From IMG/VR virus record IMGVR_UViG_3300038832_000018, positions 1 to 62,483 of that record: DNA of 62,483 nt. One strand, given 5' to 3'. Under the pieces are notes generated by a model. It had not been told where the DNA came from. It was given only the letters and a program-made list of their open reading frames with translations, and did no database searches. Source of the DNA: a virus. Lineage: Duplodnaviria > Caudoviricetes. Position numbers and translations under genes: made by a program. This document shows, piece after piece, positions 27,201-36,100 of this stretch. Positions within the stretch are counted from its first letter, which is position 1; the number at the start of each line of letters is the position of its first letter.

Positions 27201-29490
27201 GGGCGCGCTTGATGTCCTCCTCGATCCTCACAAACTTCGATCCTTCAGGACGCGATCTAACCAATACGTTGTCAGGGTCATTGGGGTCGTCACCCTTGTA
27301 CTTCGGCGTAAGAATTCCGACCTGTCCGATGCCGTCTACTTGCTCGTACACCATCTCCTCAGCAAAGGGGCGTTGAGCATCATATATAGACTCGATGTCG
27401 ATGCGCTGGTCTTGAAGCTCGTCGAATCGAGTGGCCATAGCCTTCATCTCATCGCTCCCCTCTTTTGCCTTCATCATAGAGCGGTACAGCCTGTTCTGCT
27501 CCAGCGAAATGTTGTAGACCTTTTCAAGGTCTGTGTCTGACATCTGTTTGTAATAGTCAGCGTCGTCCAGCATCTGCTGGTTGCGAGCCAACAATAGTTG
27601 TCCGTACTGATCATTCAGGTTTTGCTGCATCAGTGGATCTTCAGTCTCAGAGAGAGCAGCTAATAGTCTATTCTCTTCAAGGGTAAACCGTAAGCCACTG
27701 CCATTGCGTCCCACAGGGTCACGAGCAACAGCGAGGTTTAGCAGTCCACCACTTGCGGCCAAACCACCACCTAACGTAGCGCCAGTAAGAGCCATGTCGT
27801 AGCCGACCTCTCTTACTTCTTGCCACGTGTACTCCTCACCAACAGCATCCTTGGCCGCCATGTATTGCTTCATGGCAACGAGCGAGCCCGTAGTGCCACC
27901 CACACCAATTGACAGCCCAGTGTTTGCAAAATTGTATCTCAACCACACGTCCAGATCGCGAGCCCCCTGCTTGAGTCCAGGCATAGGGACTTGACGCAGA
28001 GCACGCATGAACGTAAACGTAGAGAACCCGTCTGCGATGAAGGACCCACCAGCCACATTGCTGAGGTATCCTGCCTTGCCCCAGAAGTTGTCGTCCACCG
28101 TAAACTCAGACATCAACCTTTCGGGGTCGCCCCCGACAGCTTCAAGTGCCTGATTGTAACTGTAGCTCTGTCCGTCCCTGATGTACAGGTTCCATGCGGG
28201 GTTGCCTGACATGCGTGCGGACTCCTGGAACGTAGCTACCGTTGCGTTTTCGAGTCCAACCAGAGCGGCAGTAGACATAGGGCCTAATCCCAACCCGCCT
28301 GTAGCTACACCGACAGGCAGCATTACTGATAGGTTCGGTCCAGCCTCAGCGATATTACCGAACAGCTGCGCCACGCCGTTGCCAAGATTGCCGCTGGTCA
28401 TCCCATCCACAAACTGCAAAGTCTCTGCACGGATCTGTTCTGCCTCTTCTCTACGCTCCACAATTTCTGGTCCGCCCCTAAAGCCTGTCATAGCATAGGC
28501 AAAGCCGTTGATCATATCGAGTTCTCCTGCCTTCCAGCGGTCAGCTAAGTACCCAGAAAACTGAGGTATGGGCATAACTACATCACCAGAACGAACGACA
28601 TCAAACCCATCGAAGCTGAGAAGCGGCTTGTTGCCCACCTGCCCCTCACCAGTCAGGTCGATCATCGCGCCGTAGTCCTCCAGCATAGACTGCTCGAGAT
28701 TCTTCAGTGCTTCGGGATCGTTCTTCATCTCCTCTGGCATCGCCTTGAGAAGGTCCTCTCCCATGCGGTCGTACACCACGCGAGTGAAGTGTCTATTCAG
28801 TGCAATCTCCCGCTCCCTGATGACAGTCTCTCTGGGTTTTTGGCTGACGATGGGCATCGTTCCAGGAATCAATCCCGTACCGTAGTTGGTTACAGTCTCG
28901 GTCACGTCGATCCCCATCTCTTCCATGAGAGCATCGTTGCCTGCAAGATCCTTAGACACCTTGCTGTACACGTTGTGCAGCATGGATCCTTGCAGCCCCT
29001 CTTGAAGGTGCTCTGCAACAATGTCTGCCTCGTCCCCCATCAACTGCATGTAAGGACTGAGGTCTTTGTCCAGTGCGTCTAGCCCACCGAACTGATAGAG
29101 GCTCGAGAATCCCCGAGCATCGATGTTGAAATCATACTGGTTTGGTGCTGAAGCCAAGCTGCCAGAGCTTGGTTCTGTAGGCAAGGGTGAATCCAAAGAA
29201 GGATCCGTCCCATCCAAAGGCAAGGATGCAGGTTCGGGGACCTGTGGGACGCTCTCGTCTTTTTTTTTTACGACACCAAAAAGCTCGGGGAACTTGGCGT
29301 TCACCACAGTGGTGTCCTGGCCGTATTCAGGGTTGTTGTACGTCGCCACGTAATCATGAAGCACGTTCTTGTCGTACTTAGCAAGCTCAGGAAACTTAGA
29401 ATCTACTACATCCCAGTCCTGATTGTACTTAGGATTGTTGTAGGTAGCTGCGTAATCCAAAAGCAGCTGTCCCAGTTCTTCTTCTTCCAT
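24220..29490 (-). CDS. Large internal virion/ejection protein with LPD38-like C-terminal region
   Basis: 1756 aa from ATG 29490; TVDFNRRG...FYNATAQG motif; position after tail genes. Confidence 0.65.
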   Translation of the reverse strand: MEEEELGQLLLDYAATYNNPKYNQDWDVVDSKFPELAKYDKNVLHDYVATYNNPEYGQDTTVVNAKFPELFGVVKKKDESVPQVPEPASLPLDGTDPSLDSPLPTEPSSGSLASAPNQYDFNIDARGFSSLYQFGGLDALDKDLSPYMQLMGDEADIVAEHLQEGLQGSMLHNVYSKVSKDLAGNDALMEEMGIDVTETVTNYGTGLIPGTMPIVSQKPRETVIREREIALNRHFTRVVYDRMGEDLLKAMPEEMKNDPEALKNLEQSMLEDYGAMIDLTGEGQVGNKPLLSFDGFDVVRSGDVVMPIPQFSGYLADRWKAGELDMINGFAYAMTGFRGGPEIVERREEAEQIRAETLQFVDGMTSGNLGNGVAQLFGNIAEAGPNLSVMLPVGVATGGLGLGPMSTAALVGLENATVATFQESARMSGNPAWNLYIRDGQSYSYNQALEAVGGDPERLMSEFTVDDNFWGKAGYLSNVAGGSFIADGFSTFTFMRALRQVPMPGLKQGARDLDVWLRYNFANTGLSIGVGGTTGSLVAMKQYMAAKDAVGEEYTWQEVREVGYDMALTGATLGGGLAASGGLLNLAVARDPVGRNGSGLRFTLEENRLLAALSETEDPLMQQNLNDQYGQLLLARNQQMLDDADYYKQMSDTDLEKVYNISLEQNRLYRSMMKAKEGSDEMKAMATRFDELQDQRIDIESIYDAQRPFAEEMVYEQVDGIGQVGILTPKYKGDDPNDPDNVLVRSRPEGSKFVRIEEDIKRAPMYENFVDTFELLRKWQRAVEKQQPGGVEGRRVVEEADIDVRLRLFEPRTAQRLKDAAKLRKDSGLLDKLSEVKMTDELRALLPEGYVKDNVGLFGRYLYALHAKERNLNIRQKNQEVAEELRAKSSLTPREKEILMLTEDRIRANKGSGMSNDDAVAFLEGLPDDVRAKFDEALPAFRAMQQRTRDNYLASGIYSQAQYDASMNTFENYVGLHGLSIDEMLVRSGDDPMLRDDAGYLNAPKGIDVNGKYFFEAEGRSAETVDILGKSVMQEANSIMLSERNRLTQSVVEFVRQYPVDPSITDPYYRLVGPDENLPDTHTLTAYFDGVPQKVYFRDPDVVRQFKRGTGMDANSMYTAFNRFMRQAAQLKKVHTNFSLEFGPKAFARDGQTALLQALSQSSREFGYALYAEDGTPVNSGQLVREMGQLYPQALRFMAMGDEKLIAKSGNSEMARYAAEYNAQGKTGYAHIDELRSVMDQLRRETDPKKRNSITSKLSILKEPLKWIEAINDVYEQAPRFASYVAARRQGVSIERAAALAKYVTVDFNRRGNYGAELGGVMYFYNATAQGIDQAAGTMSAPRPRYTPDGDPLEGAARYGPMATVLGGITTWGMTLTMFNEAVSAVDMTGRSEYSKIPDYEKKQFQIFMIPGTKEYVTLPKPYGYGQFLDVGLAAGEVMSGIRREEDAGFYIMSSLEHNLTPISGAARQEDPAKEGMIAQQLAAKVVNIPLGSGPLGGLVDFATNKNSFGGNVFYDREGKARVMSNESDFQLMNQFFQDWNESLGGGSKYLSGQKNGVTTDLPANLGDYFAQYYMGGLYSTYNRTTKSIKDWRAIRQLPDGQRADRLFDADDLPFVRDFYSDGMKDDVMSQYFQLKQRIKPVGKEMRDPQELMRQLDNPLPDDLQGPMDFRYAAPSGALKLMEKVDRSAFALWNLRSMAMDEQRENPVTFLSSDEELKAYALRQKEIEDAEVLLMANMALVLNISYDMLPGKKYDK

Positions 29491-29491
29491 G

Positions 29492-31192
29492 TTATCTACT
29501 TGTTCCTGCGGATGGGGTGGTGGTAGGAGTACCGAACTTGCTGACAGCATCGTCCCACAAATCGTCGTGAGTAAGGTTGGCTTTAGCCAAACCAATATTT
29601 AGTGAGGCGTGGATCATCTGGTCCTCTGCGTTATTGAGATTGGATCGGTCGATAAGCAGCTGAGGTCCGTCAACAAGAGACAGGACGTACTTGGTTGGGT
29701 TGTTCTCATACACGCGGTACCCGTCAACAGCAGACTCAGTTTGGAAGTCCGACTCTTGCATCATCGTAGCAATAGCCTGTGCCGTAAGACGATCCTGCTG
29801 GGTGGGATTTTCTGGAACACCCAACTCGATCTTACCGAAATCGTTGATCGTAGCGTACGCTTTTCCTTCTGAGTTTGCTGTGTTCAAGTACAGGCGCAAG
29901 TCATCGTAGTACTTGGGGTTGACGTACGTGACCTTGATGTTCTCTGCTTGAGCAGTAGGAATCTCTTGAATTGGATATACCACCGAGCGAACTTTTTCGG
30001 TATCCGCATTCATGACAATCCCCTGTATAGGCTTGTTTGTCTCAGGATTGATGGGGAGATCGGTAATCCCCAGCGTACCAGAGACACCAGCGTTCAAAAT
30101 GTCCAGCTTAATCTTACCTGCAGACTTAGTGTCCTTAATCTCCCACTTCGTGTGAGGCAGCGTCCCTGTAGTCCAGGCATCTTTGATCGCCCCCTTGACC
30201 AAGTCGTAGAGTGCGGCATCGCCGCTCTCTCTTTTGCGTGGGTCTAGCTGGTAGTACTCCAGGAGCTGCTCCTCGTTTTTAAAAGATGCGGCAGTAGGGT
30301 TACGATCGATAATGTCTTGTCTGGTCCTGAAGTATGAGGCAAGCCGAAATGCATACTCATCGTTGTCTGTCTCTGCCATAGCATCAAAGTCAACGTAGTT
30401 CTCGTACAGGTTTGCATACTTGCCCGTCACCCTATCAGCACTCCAGCCTGAATTGGCAGCGGCACTCTTGTCCTCACTTTTGATCCCCTCTCCGATCTGT
30501 TGCAGGCTCATCACATTGGCTCGCGTCGTACCGTACTGGTATTCGGCAGGGTCGTTGAAGAACGGAGAGACGGACAGCTCCGTAACCTCGTCCGCTACTT
30601 GCCCAGTCCTCCGATCGAAAGCTTGCCCCTCAATCTTGAACCTACCGTTGTTGTAATCCAACTTGGCATTACGCAACAGGTCTCGGTTTTGGTGATTGTC
30701 TGCTGCAAACACCATGTCTTCGGTGGCTACGGGCAGGTATAAATTACCCAGTGTCTTGTTCTCAGCCCTGTAAGCCTCGCTCGTCTTGTCGGTCATAGCC
30801 GCCAAACGGTTTCTAGACTTCATCATTTCGGCGTTCAGCTCATACGGCGCTACGCTGGCCTTGAAATCTGCGATCATGGGTTTGGCTAACTCCGCGCCGT
30901 TGGCCAAAGGCAGCAGTTTCATTACGTCTTGTTCAAGCTGTGCTGCCGCCTGCTCGACAAATGGCAGGGCAAACGGGTGAACGTTCTCATACAATCCCCC
31001 TAGCTGCGACTTGAGCGCAGCCTGGTTGGCCATCTGGTCTTGCAGCGCCTTGGTTCTGGCAGCCTGTTGCTTTGCAGCAAGCGCACCAGATCGCATTTGC
31101 AGCTGTTGCTGCCTGCTGACCTCACCAGATAGGTCACCAACCTGCTTCAGGTTAGGGATTGGGATCTTACCCGTAAATCCGAGTTCGCTCAT
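29492..31192 (-). CDS. Putative internal virion protein
   Basis: 566 aa, helical; gene context. Confidence 0.55.
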   Translation of the reverse strand: MSELGFTGKIPIPNLKQVGDLSGEVSRQQQLQMRSGALAAKQQAARTKALQDQMANQAALKSQLGGLYENVHPFALPFVEQAAAQLEQDVMKLLPLANGAELAKPMIADFKASVAPYELNAEMMKSRNRLAAMTDKTSEAYRAENKTLGNLYLPVATEDMVFAADNHQNRDLLRNAKLDYNNGRFKIEGQAFDRRTGQVADEVTELSVSPFFNDPAEYQYGTTRANVMSLQQIGEGIKSEDKSAAANSGWSADRVTGKYANLYENYVDFDAMAETDNDEYAFRLASYFRTRQDIIDRNPTAASFKNEEQLLEYYQLDPRKRESGDAALYDLVKGAIKDAWTTGTLPHTKWEIKDTKSAGKIKLDILNAGVSGTLGITDLPINPETNKPIQGIVMNADTEKVRSVVYPIQEIPTAQAENIKVTYVNPKYYDDLRLYLNTANSEGKAYATINDFGKIELGVPENPTQQDRLTAQAIATMMQESDFQTESAVDGYRVYENNPTKYVLSLVDGPQLLIDRSNLNNAEDQMIHASLNIGLAKANLTHDDLWDDAVSKFGTPTTTPSAGTSR

Positions 31193-32226
31193 GCGTCTTG
31201 AAATTGTTCGCCCTCAAGAAATGCGAGAAGCTCAGCAGCCTTTTTGATTTCCGCTGACGCGGAGGGGGAGGCTGCAAGTTTATCAAGCAGGGCTTTGACA
31301 GAGTTCAAGTTTTTAAACTGATTGGGGTTGAGGATACCCTCACCACCCGTGACCTCCCCTAATTTTTCCCCATCTTCCTGATCTACCAGTGCAATCTTGT
31401 TGGTTTTGTGACTGAACTCACCGTCTGTCACCCCACCTTCTTTGCCGATGTAGCCACCTAGGTCATAGATGCCGTCTCCCATGATCACTTCCTCTTCTTC
31501 TTCAGAAAAACTTTGATCTGTTGTAGGCACAAACCCTTCATCTTCATCAGTAGATCTAGTCCCGTAGAGAGTAGACATCAAATCCATCTGTCTGTCGAGA
31601 GCAGTTTGCTGATCTGCGCGAGCGTCAATTGCCCCACCCAGAGCCACAGCTGTCTCACCTAATTCAGAGAGCAGAGCCCTGTTCCCCTCTGCCCTTGCGG
31701 CTCGCTCACCATACATAGCTTCAGTAAACGTATCGAAAGAGCGACCAGCCCTCTCCATATCTATCTGATCGAGCATCATGTCTCGCTGACGTGTCTTGTC
31801 TGCAGCAGCCTCTTCGGCTTTGGTGGTGGTGGCTGTAGCGTCGACCTTCATCTGCCCTGTCTGCAACTGCGCTTTCTGCTGGGCGTCTTCAGACTGAGAA
31901 ATGATGCGCGGGGCAAGGGCTTGCATCATACGCGGGGAGTCCTGCAAAGCAGACAGCGCTCGGGCTTCGCGCTCGTCGCCACGGCGTACAGATTCAGACC
32001 CCAAGAGCTCGGCCTGCAGCTTGCGCTCTTGCTCTAGCTCGTATACACCGCTGCCTGGAGAGAAGTCTATATCGGCAATGCGCTGTCGAGCTGCCTCCAT
32101 AGCCCGCTCCTGATCAGAAGTTTCCCCCTTGTACTCAGCCTCTCTCCTTTTGCTCTCTCGATTGGAGAGATACTGCTGTCCCGCTTGAAGGCCAGCCGCG
32201 AGGAGTGTGGATGCTAGTAGTGCCAT
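31189..32226 (-). CDS. Putative internal virion protein
   Basis: 345 aa, coiled-coil, hydrophobic N-terminus. Confidence 0.55.
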   Translation of the reverse strand: MALLASTLLAAGLQAGQQYLSNRESKRREAEYKGETSDQERAMEAARQRIADIDFSPGSGVYELEQERKLQAELLGSESVRRGDEREARALSALQDSPRMMQALAPRIISQSEDAQQKAQLQTGQMKVDATATTTKAEEAAADKTRQRDMMLDQIDMERAGRSFDTFTEAMYGERAARAEGNRALLSELGETAVALGGAIDARADQQTALDRQMDLMSTLYGTRSTDEDEGFVPTTDQSFSEEEEEVIMGDGIYDLGGYIGKEGGVTDGEFSHKTNKIALVDQEDGEKLGEVTGGEGILNPNQFKNLNSVKALLDKLAASPSASAEIKKAAELLAFLEGEQFQDA

Positions 32227-32246
32227 GTGTTGCGAAATTACAAAAT

Positions 32247-33155
32247 TTATTGACGCCGCCTTCTGCTACGCCCACGCCTGCTGGGCATTGCAGCTGCCTT
32301 GCTGTGGTCATAGGTTGTGGGTTCGTACTCCAAGTTCACAGCAAAAACCTCCCAGTTTTGATTGCCGAAAGTGAACACGGCGTCAGCGTACTGCCCGCGA
32401 AGCATATCTCCGTTGACAACCGTAGGGGTGACAGCGTATACGTAGATGTTGGTTTGATCGGGGAGTTGAGCTGCAAGACCCTCAGATAGCTCATTGATTG
32501 TAAGCGTATTGTCCCCGCCAAAAACTATGTTGTCAGGCACCTCTGCAAACGTACCCGAGAGGTCTACGGGATCGATGGTGTTGCTTACAATCTCAGGGCC
32601 AGACTCGAGGTTGACGCCTAGAACATACGGGATGTCGTTTAGTACATGACTCTGCCCTCCATCATGGTATATGAACGTCCCGTTTACCGCACCCCCATCA
32701 ACAGAAAAAGAATCGTTGACAACAATCCTGCCTACCAAATTGATATTGGCCGTGCTGTTTCTGTTTAGCCCCTGTATTACCCCGTACATAATGCCGCCGT
32801 GGTCATCGAAAGCAATGACATCTGACTGCTTCGCCTGTCCCGCTACAGTGCTGTTGTTGGCCACTACAAACGCGTCAGGAGTTGAGTTGCTTGTCCCCTC
32901 AACAGAAATGCTTTTGAGGATTTTGTTTTCAGATGGCCGTTGGTTAAAACTAACAGCAAATCCCGAGCCCGCTGGGCTACCATAAAACGTATTGTAGCCC
33001 CCAGCATTGTGCCTGTAGAACGGATTTCTGTTTTCTATTTGAGTCTGAAAGCTGGCAAACACCTTGTCCATATACGCATAGCAAGTAGAAAAAAAGCTGT
33101 AGCGCGTTTTCCAATACCCACCGCGATGAGAGAATGCAAAGGTCCTATTAGCCAT
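32247..33155 (-). CDS. C-terminal part of tail stabilisation/nozzle protein
   Basis: TFAFS..GYWKTRYSF, NTFYG and GDMLRGQY motifs. Confidence 0.55.
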   Translation of the reverse strand: MANRTFAFSHRGGYWKTRYSFFSTCYAYMDKVFASFQTQIENRNPFYRHNAGGYNTFYGSPAGSGFAVSFNQRPSENKILKSISVEGTSNSTPDAFVVANNSTVAGQAKQSDVIAFDDHGGIMYGVIQGLNRNSTANINLVGRIVVNDSFSVDGGAVNGTFIYHDGGQSHVLNDIPYVLGVNLESGPEIVSNTIDPVDLSGTFAEVPDNIVFGGDNTLTINELSEGLAAQLPDQTNIYVYAVTPTVVNGDMLRGQYADAVFTFGNQNWEVFAVNLEYEPTTYDHSKAAAMPSRRGRSRRRRQ

Positions 33156-36100
33156 TGTACGAGCTTGCTATGTTGTTAGTCAGATCGATATACTCCGCTT
33201 CAGAGATGGGGTCGGGGCCAAATTGGTCGAAGTCAGCGAGGAACGCGAGGAGATCAGCTGTGCCGACAAGACCGTCAAGATCTGCTGCCCCCCCTGCACT
33301 AGAAATAATATCTGACCTGTTCGCGGTGGACGCCCGAGCCAACCGCAAGCCACTGGTAGGAAGGGCGGGTTGATAAGAAAGCAAGGTGTTCGGTATGTTT
33401 CGGAAACTCTGTTCTAGGTCCCCTAGCAACTGCCTCAGCAAGTCACCTGTAATCTCAATTCCGTTTGAACTTAAGAATTCCAACTGCTGGGCAAGCACGT
33501 TGGCGGACTGAACATCTTCAGGCTCTATAGCCGTTCCGCTACCACCAAGCACAGCAAGCGCACCGAGTGTGCTGAAGTTGTCGTTTGATGATTGAACATT
33601 GGGGATCAGCGTATTGGCTTCGGCATCAACAACCGTAGGTGCTGAGGAAGCTTCTTCAAGCTGGTTGGTTACAACGTCGAGGCTCGCCCTAAGGCTGTCT
33701 ATCGTCGCGCTCATAGAGTCAAAAACAGAATCTGGATCAGTCAGCGTGTTCGGGTCTATGGAGTTTGCCACAGTTTGCAAATCCTCGATGGCGAGCTGTA
33801 CCCCGACTAGGAGTGGTCCTGGTTGATTCAGGATGTTGTTTGGTATCTCCCTATAGTCGTACCCAAAACCCGTAGGATAAACCATAGTTTCTCCTGTTTT
33901 TAAGTTCTGCTCGGTGATTTCGACGCTGCTGTATGGGATAGCGTTACTAGCAGACTGAAGAGCAGAGGTGGCGCTAATAATATCAGCACCAAAGTTGGTG
34001 AGAGTTGTATTGGTTGGGTCAAACTCCAAGGCCAGAGTACCAATTCTGTTACCCTCTTCGATCAAATCGTCTACAGCGTTTGTGATCGCCACCTCCTCTA
34101 TAGTCCTGTCCTCAACAAGCCTCTCAAGAGCAGTCCCTTGCACCCTCTGTCCAAGAACATAGCAGTGATCCCCTACTGTTCTCGGTGTATCAAACTCTGC
34201 AGGAGCAGAGTAGCCTGGCGGGACCAAGTGAGCTTGAAGCGTGTTCCATAAAAGCGCCTGTGCAGCACCAGGATTTGCGCCATATTGACTCCTTATACTA
34301 GGGTCTGTAATCATCAGGTACCCCGCCCCATTATTGTTGAAGTCTGAGTTTACCACACCCCTTCCGTACCACAACTGCCCAATAACCGTGTTAGGGTCAT
34401 CGTATGTGGAAACTGGTTTTGCTTGAAACCCTGTGTCAAGTTCAAGAAACGGGTTGGAGAAACCAAGACCCGAGAGATCCAACAGGAGACCTGGCCCTAA
34501 GACGGGCGGTGTTTGACTACTATGGTTGTTTTGGACAGTCACGTTTGACCCAAGAACGACGTCACTAAGTGCAACGTCTGCAGGCCACGTTGCCTGTTGG
34601 TATGATTGAATAGCGTTGTAAATGACTCCCTCGCCAGTGGTAGCTTTATAGTAAAAGGACATTGTACCCCAAGTACCCCCCCAAAAAACGACAGGGTCTA
34701 GGGCGTTAAGAGCGGCGACATCAAACCCTGACAGTGGTACATCAAACGCCTCGTCAAAAACGTCGGCATTGGGGTCTCCCCCATCACCTGAGTCTCCCCC
34801 ATCACCTGGGCCTCCCCCACCAGTAAAGTCATCAGGTGGTCCGATAGGATCGTCAGTGCTGGGGTTGTACACCCCGTCTTCCGTCTCGTTAAAGTTGAAC
34901 GGCTGGAGTAGCGGTTGCCTAAACAGCGTCGGCAAGGCATACGAGATGGCGTCAATGTTCAACATCGACACGATGTACTCGTCTTTGAGTGGGTCATAGC
35001 CACTGACCACCCGTACGTTCCCACCGAAAATAACATCTTGGAATGCGTCGTAGAGCTGTGCTGCTATGCCCTTGCGTCCAATCACATCGATCTTACCGCC
35101 TTGAAAGCGATAGACCTCCCCCTTTCCCTTATGAGCGAAGTACACAGACTCATCGACTTTGACCACCGACTCCCTGTTGTTGTCAGCCCCGTACTTACCA
35201 CCGATAAACTTCTGCTTACCGATGATTTTGTCTGAGCTGATAAGTTGATCGCCGCCAGAGGCGTCAGCCAGAATGTTTCTGTTGATCGGGACTACACTAG
35301 CCTTGTCTTCTTGGACGACAAACACAAACTCACTGAACTCCACAAGGGCGTTGATAGCGCCATGCTGGTTGGGCAAGTCTTTGAACGGGGCTTGGAAGGG
35401 GTTGAAGCTCGTGAACCTGACCCTTCGCGTGCTGAAATCGTTTGCATCGCTGTAGGTAACCGAAGACTCTCGGCGCACCTCAGCGGCCTCAGGAGAGTAA
35501 AACTTTCGCTTCCCATAACCATTGACATCAGCCCCCGCAAAAGTGTCCGTAAAAGCCCTGCACTCCAGATACCTGTTTCGGAAACGAGGCTGATAGTCGA
35601 CCTCAATGATTTCGCCGTCGCCGTCGGCCTGTTCTTGAGATTCGGGTATCAGGGATACAAATGCCTGTTCGTCTTCGGAGTACTCTTGCAGGTTTACTGG
35701 CACCCGTCGCCACCACACGTCTCCTCTGCGCATGCGGATTCGAGGAGTTTGGTGTACGACCCCAGTATTTCCAGATCGGCTGACATTAAACACCAACCCA
35801 GTTTCTTGATAGCTCCTGATATCTGCATCAGCACCTGCTTTCGGCCTTACAATCTCGACGATGCACCTTTTGCTCCAGTTAGACAGCACCCCGCTGAAGT
35901 TGTTGCCCTGAGCGTTGACAGAAGCCCAGTTGAATCCTGTCGCTTCAGGGTCGTTGCGCAACTTCAAGAACGACCCTCTCAAGAACAGGGGGGTCTCTCC
36001 ACTCCCGCTGTCTAGTGGGTTTCTGGTTTCTTCTGTCTCTGCATCTCCGTTGCCTGTAAGGAGGACTTGGTCCACAACATCGAACACGAGCTGGTTGGGG

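Noticed and set aside
24220-29490. Virion RNA polymerase that might read the hairpins (N4 or crAss style)
   Set aside because: No DxDxD or T7-like catalytic motifs seen; cannot be fully excluded without structure prediction
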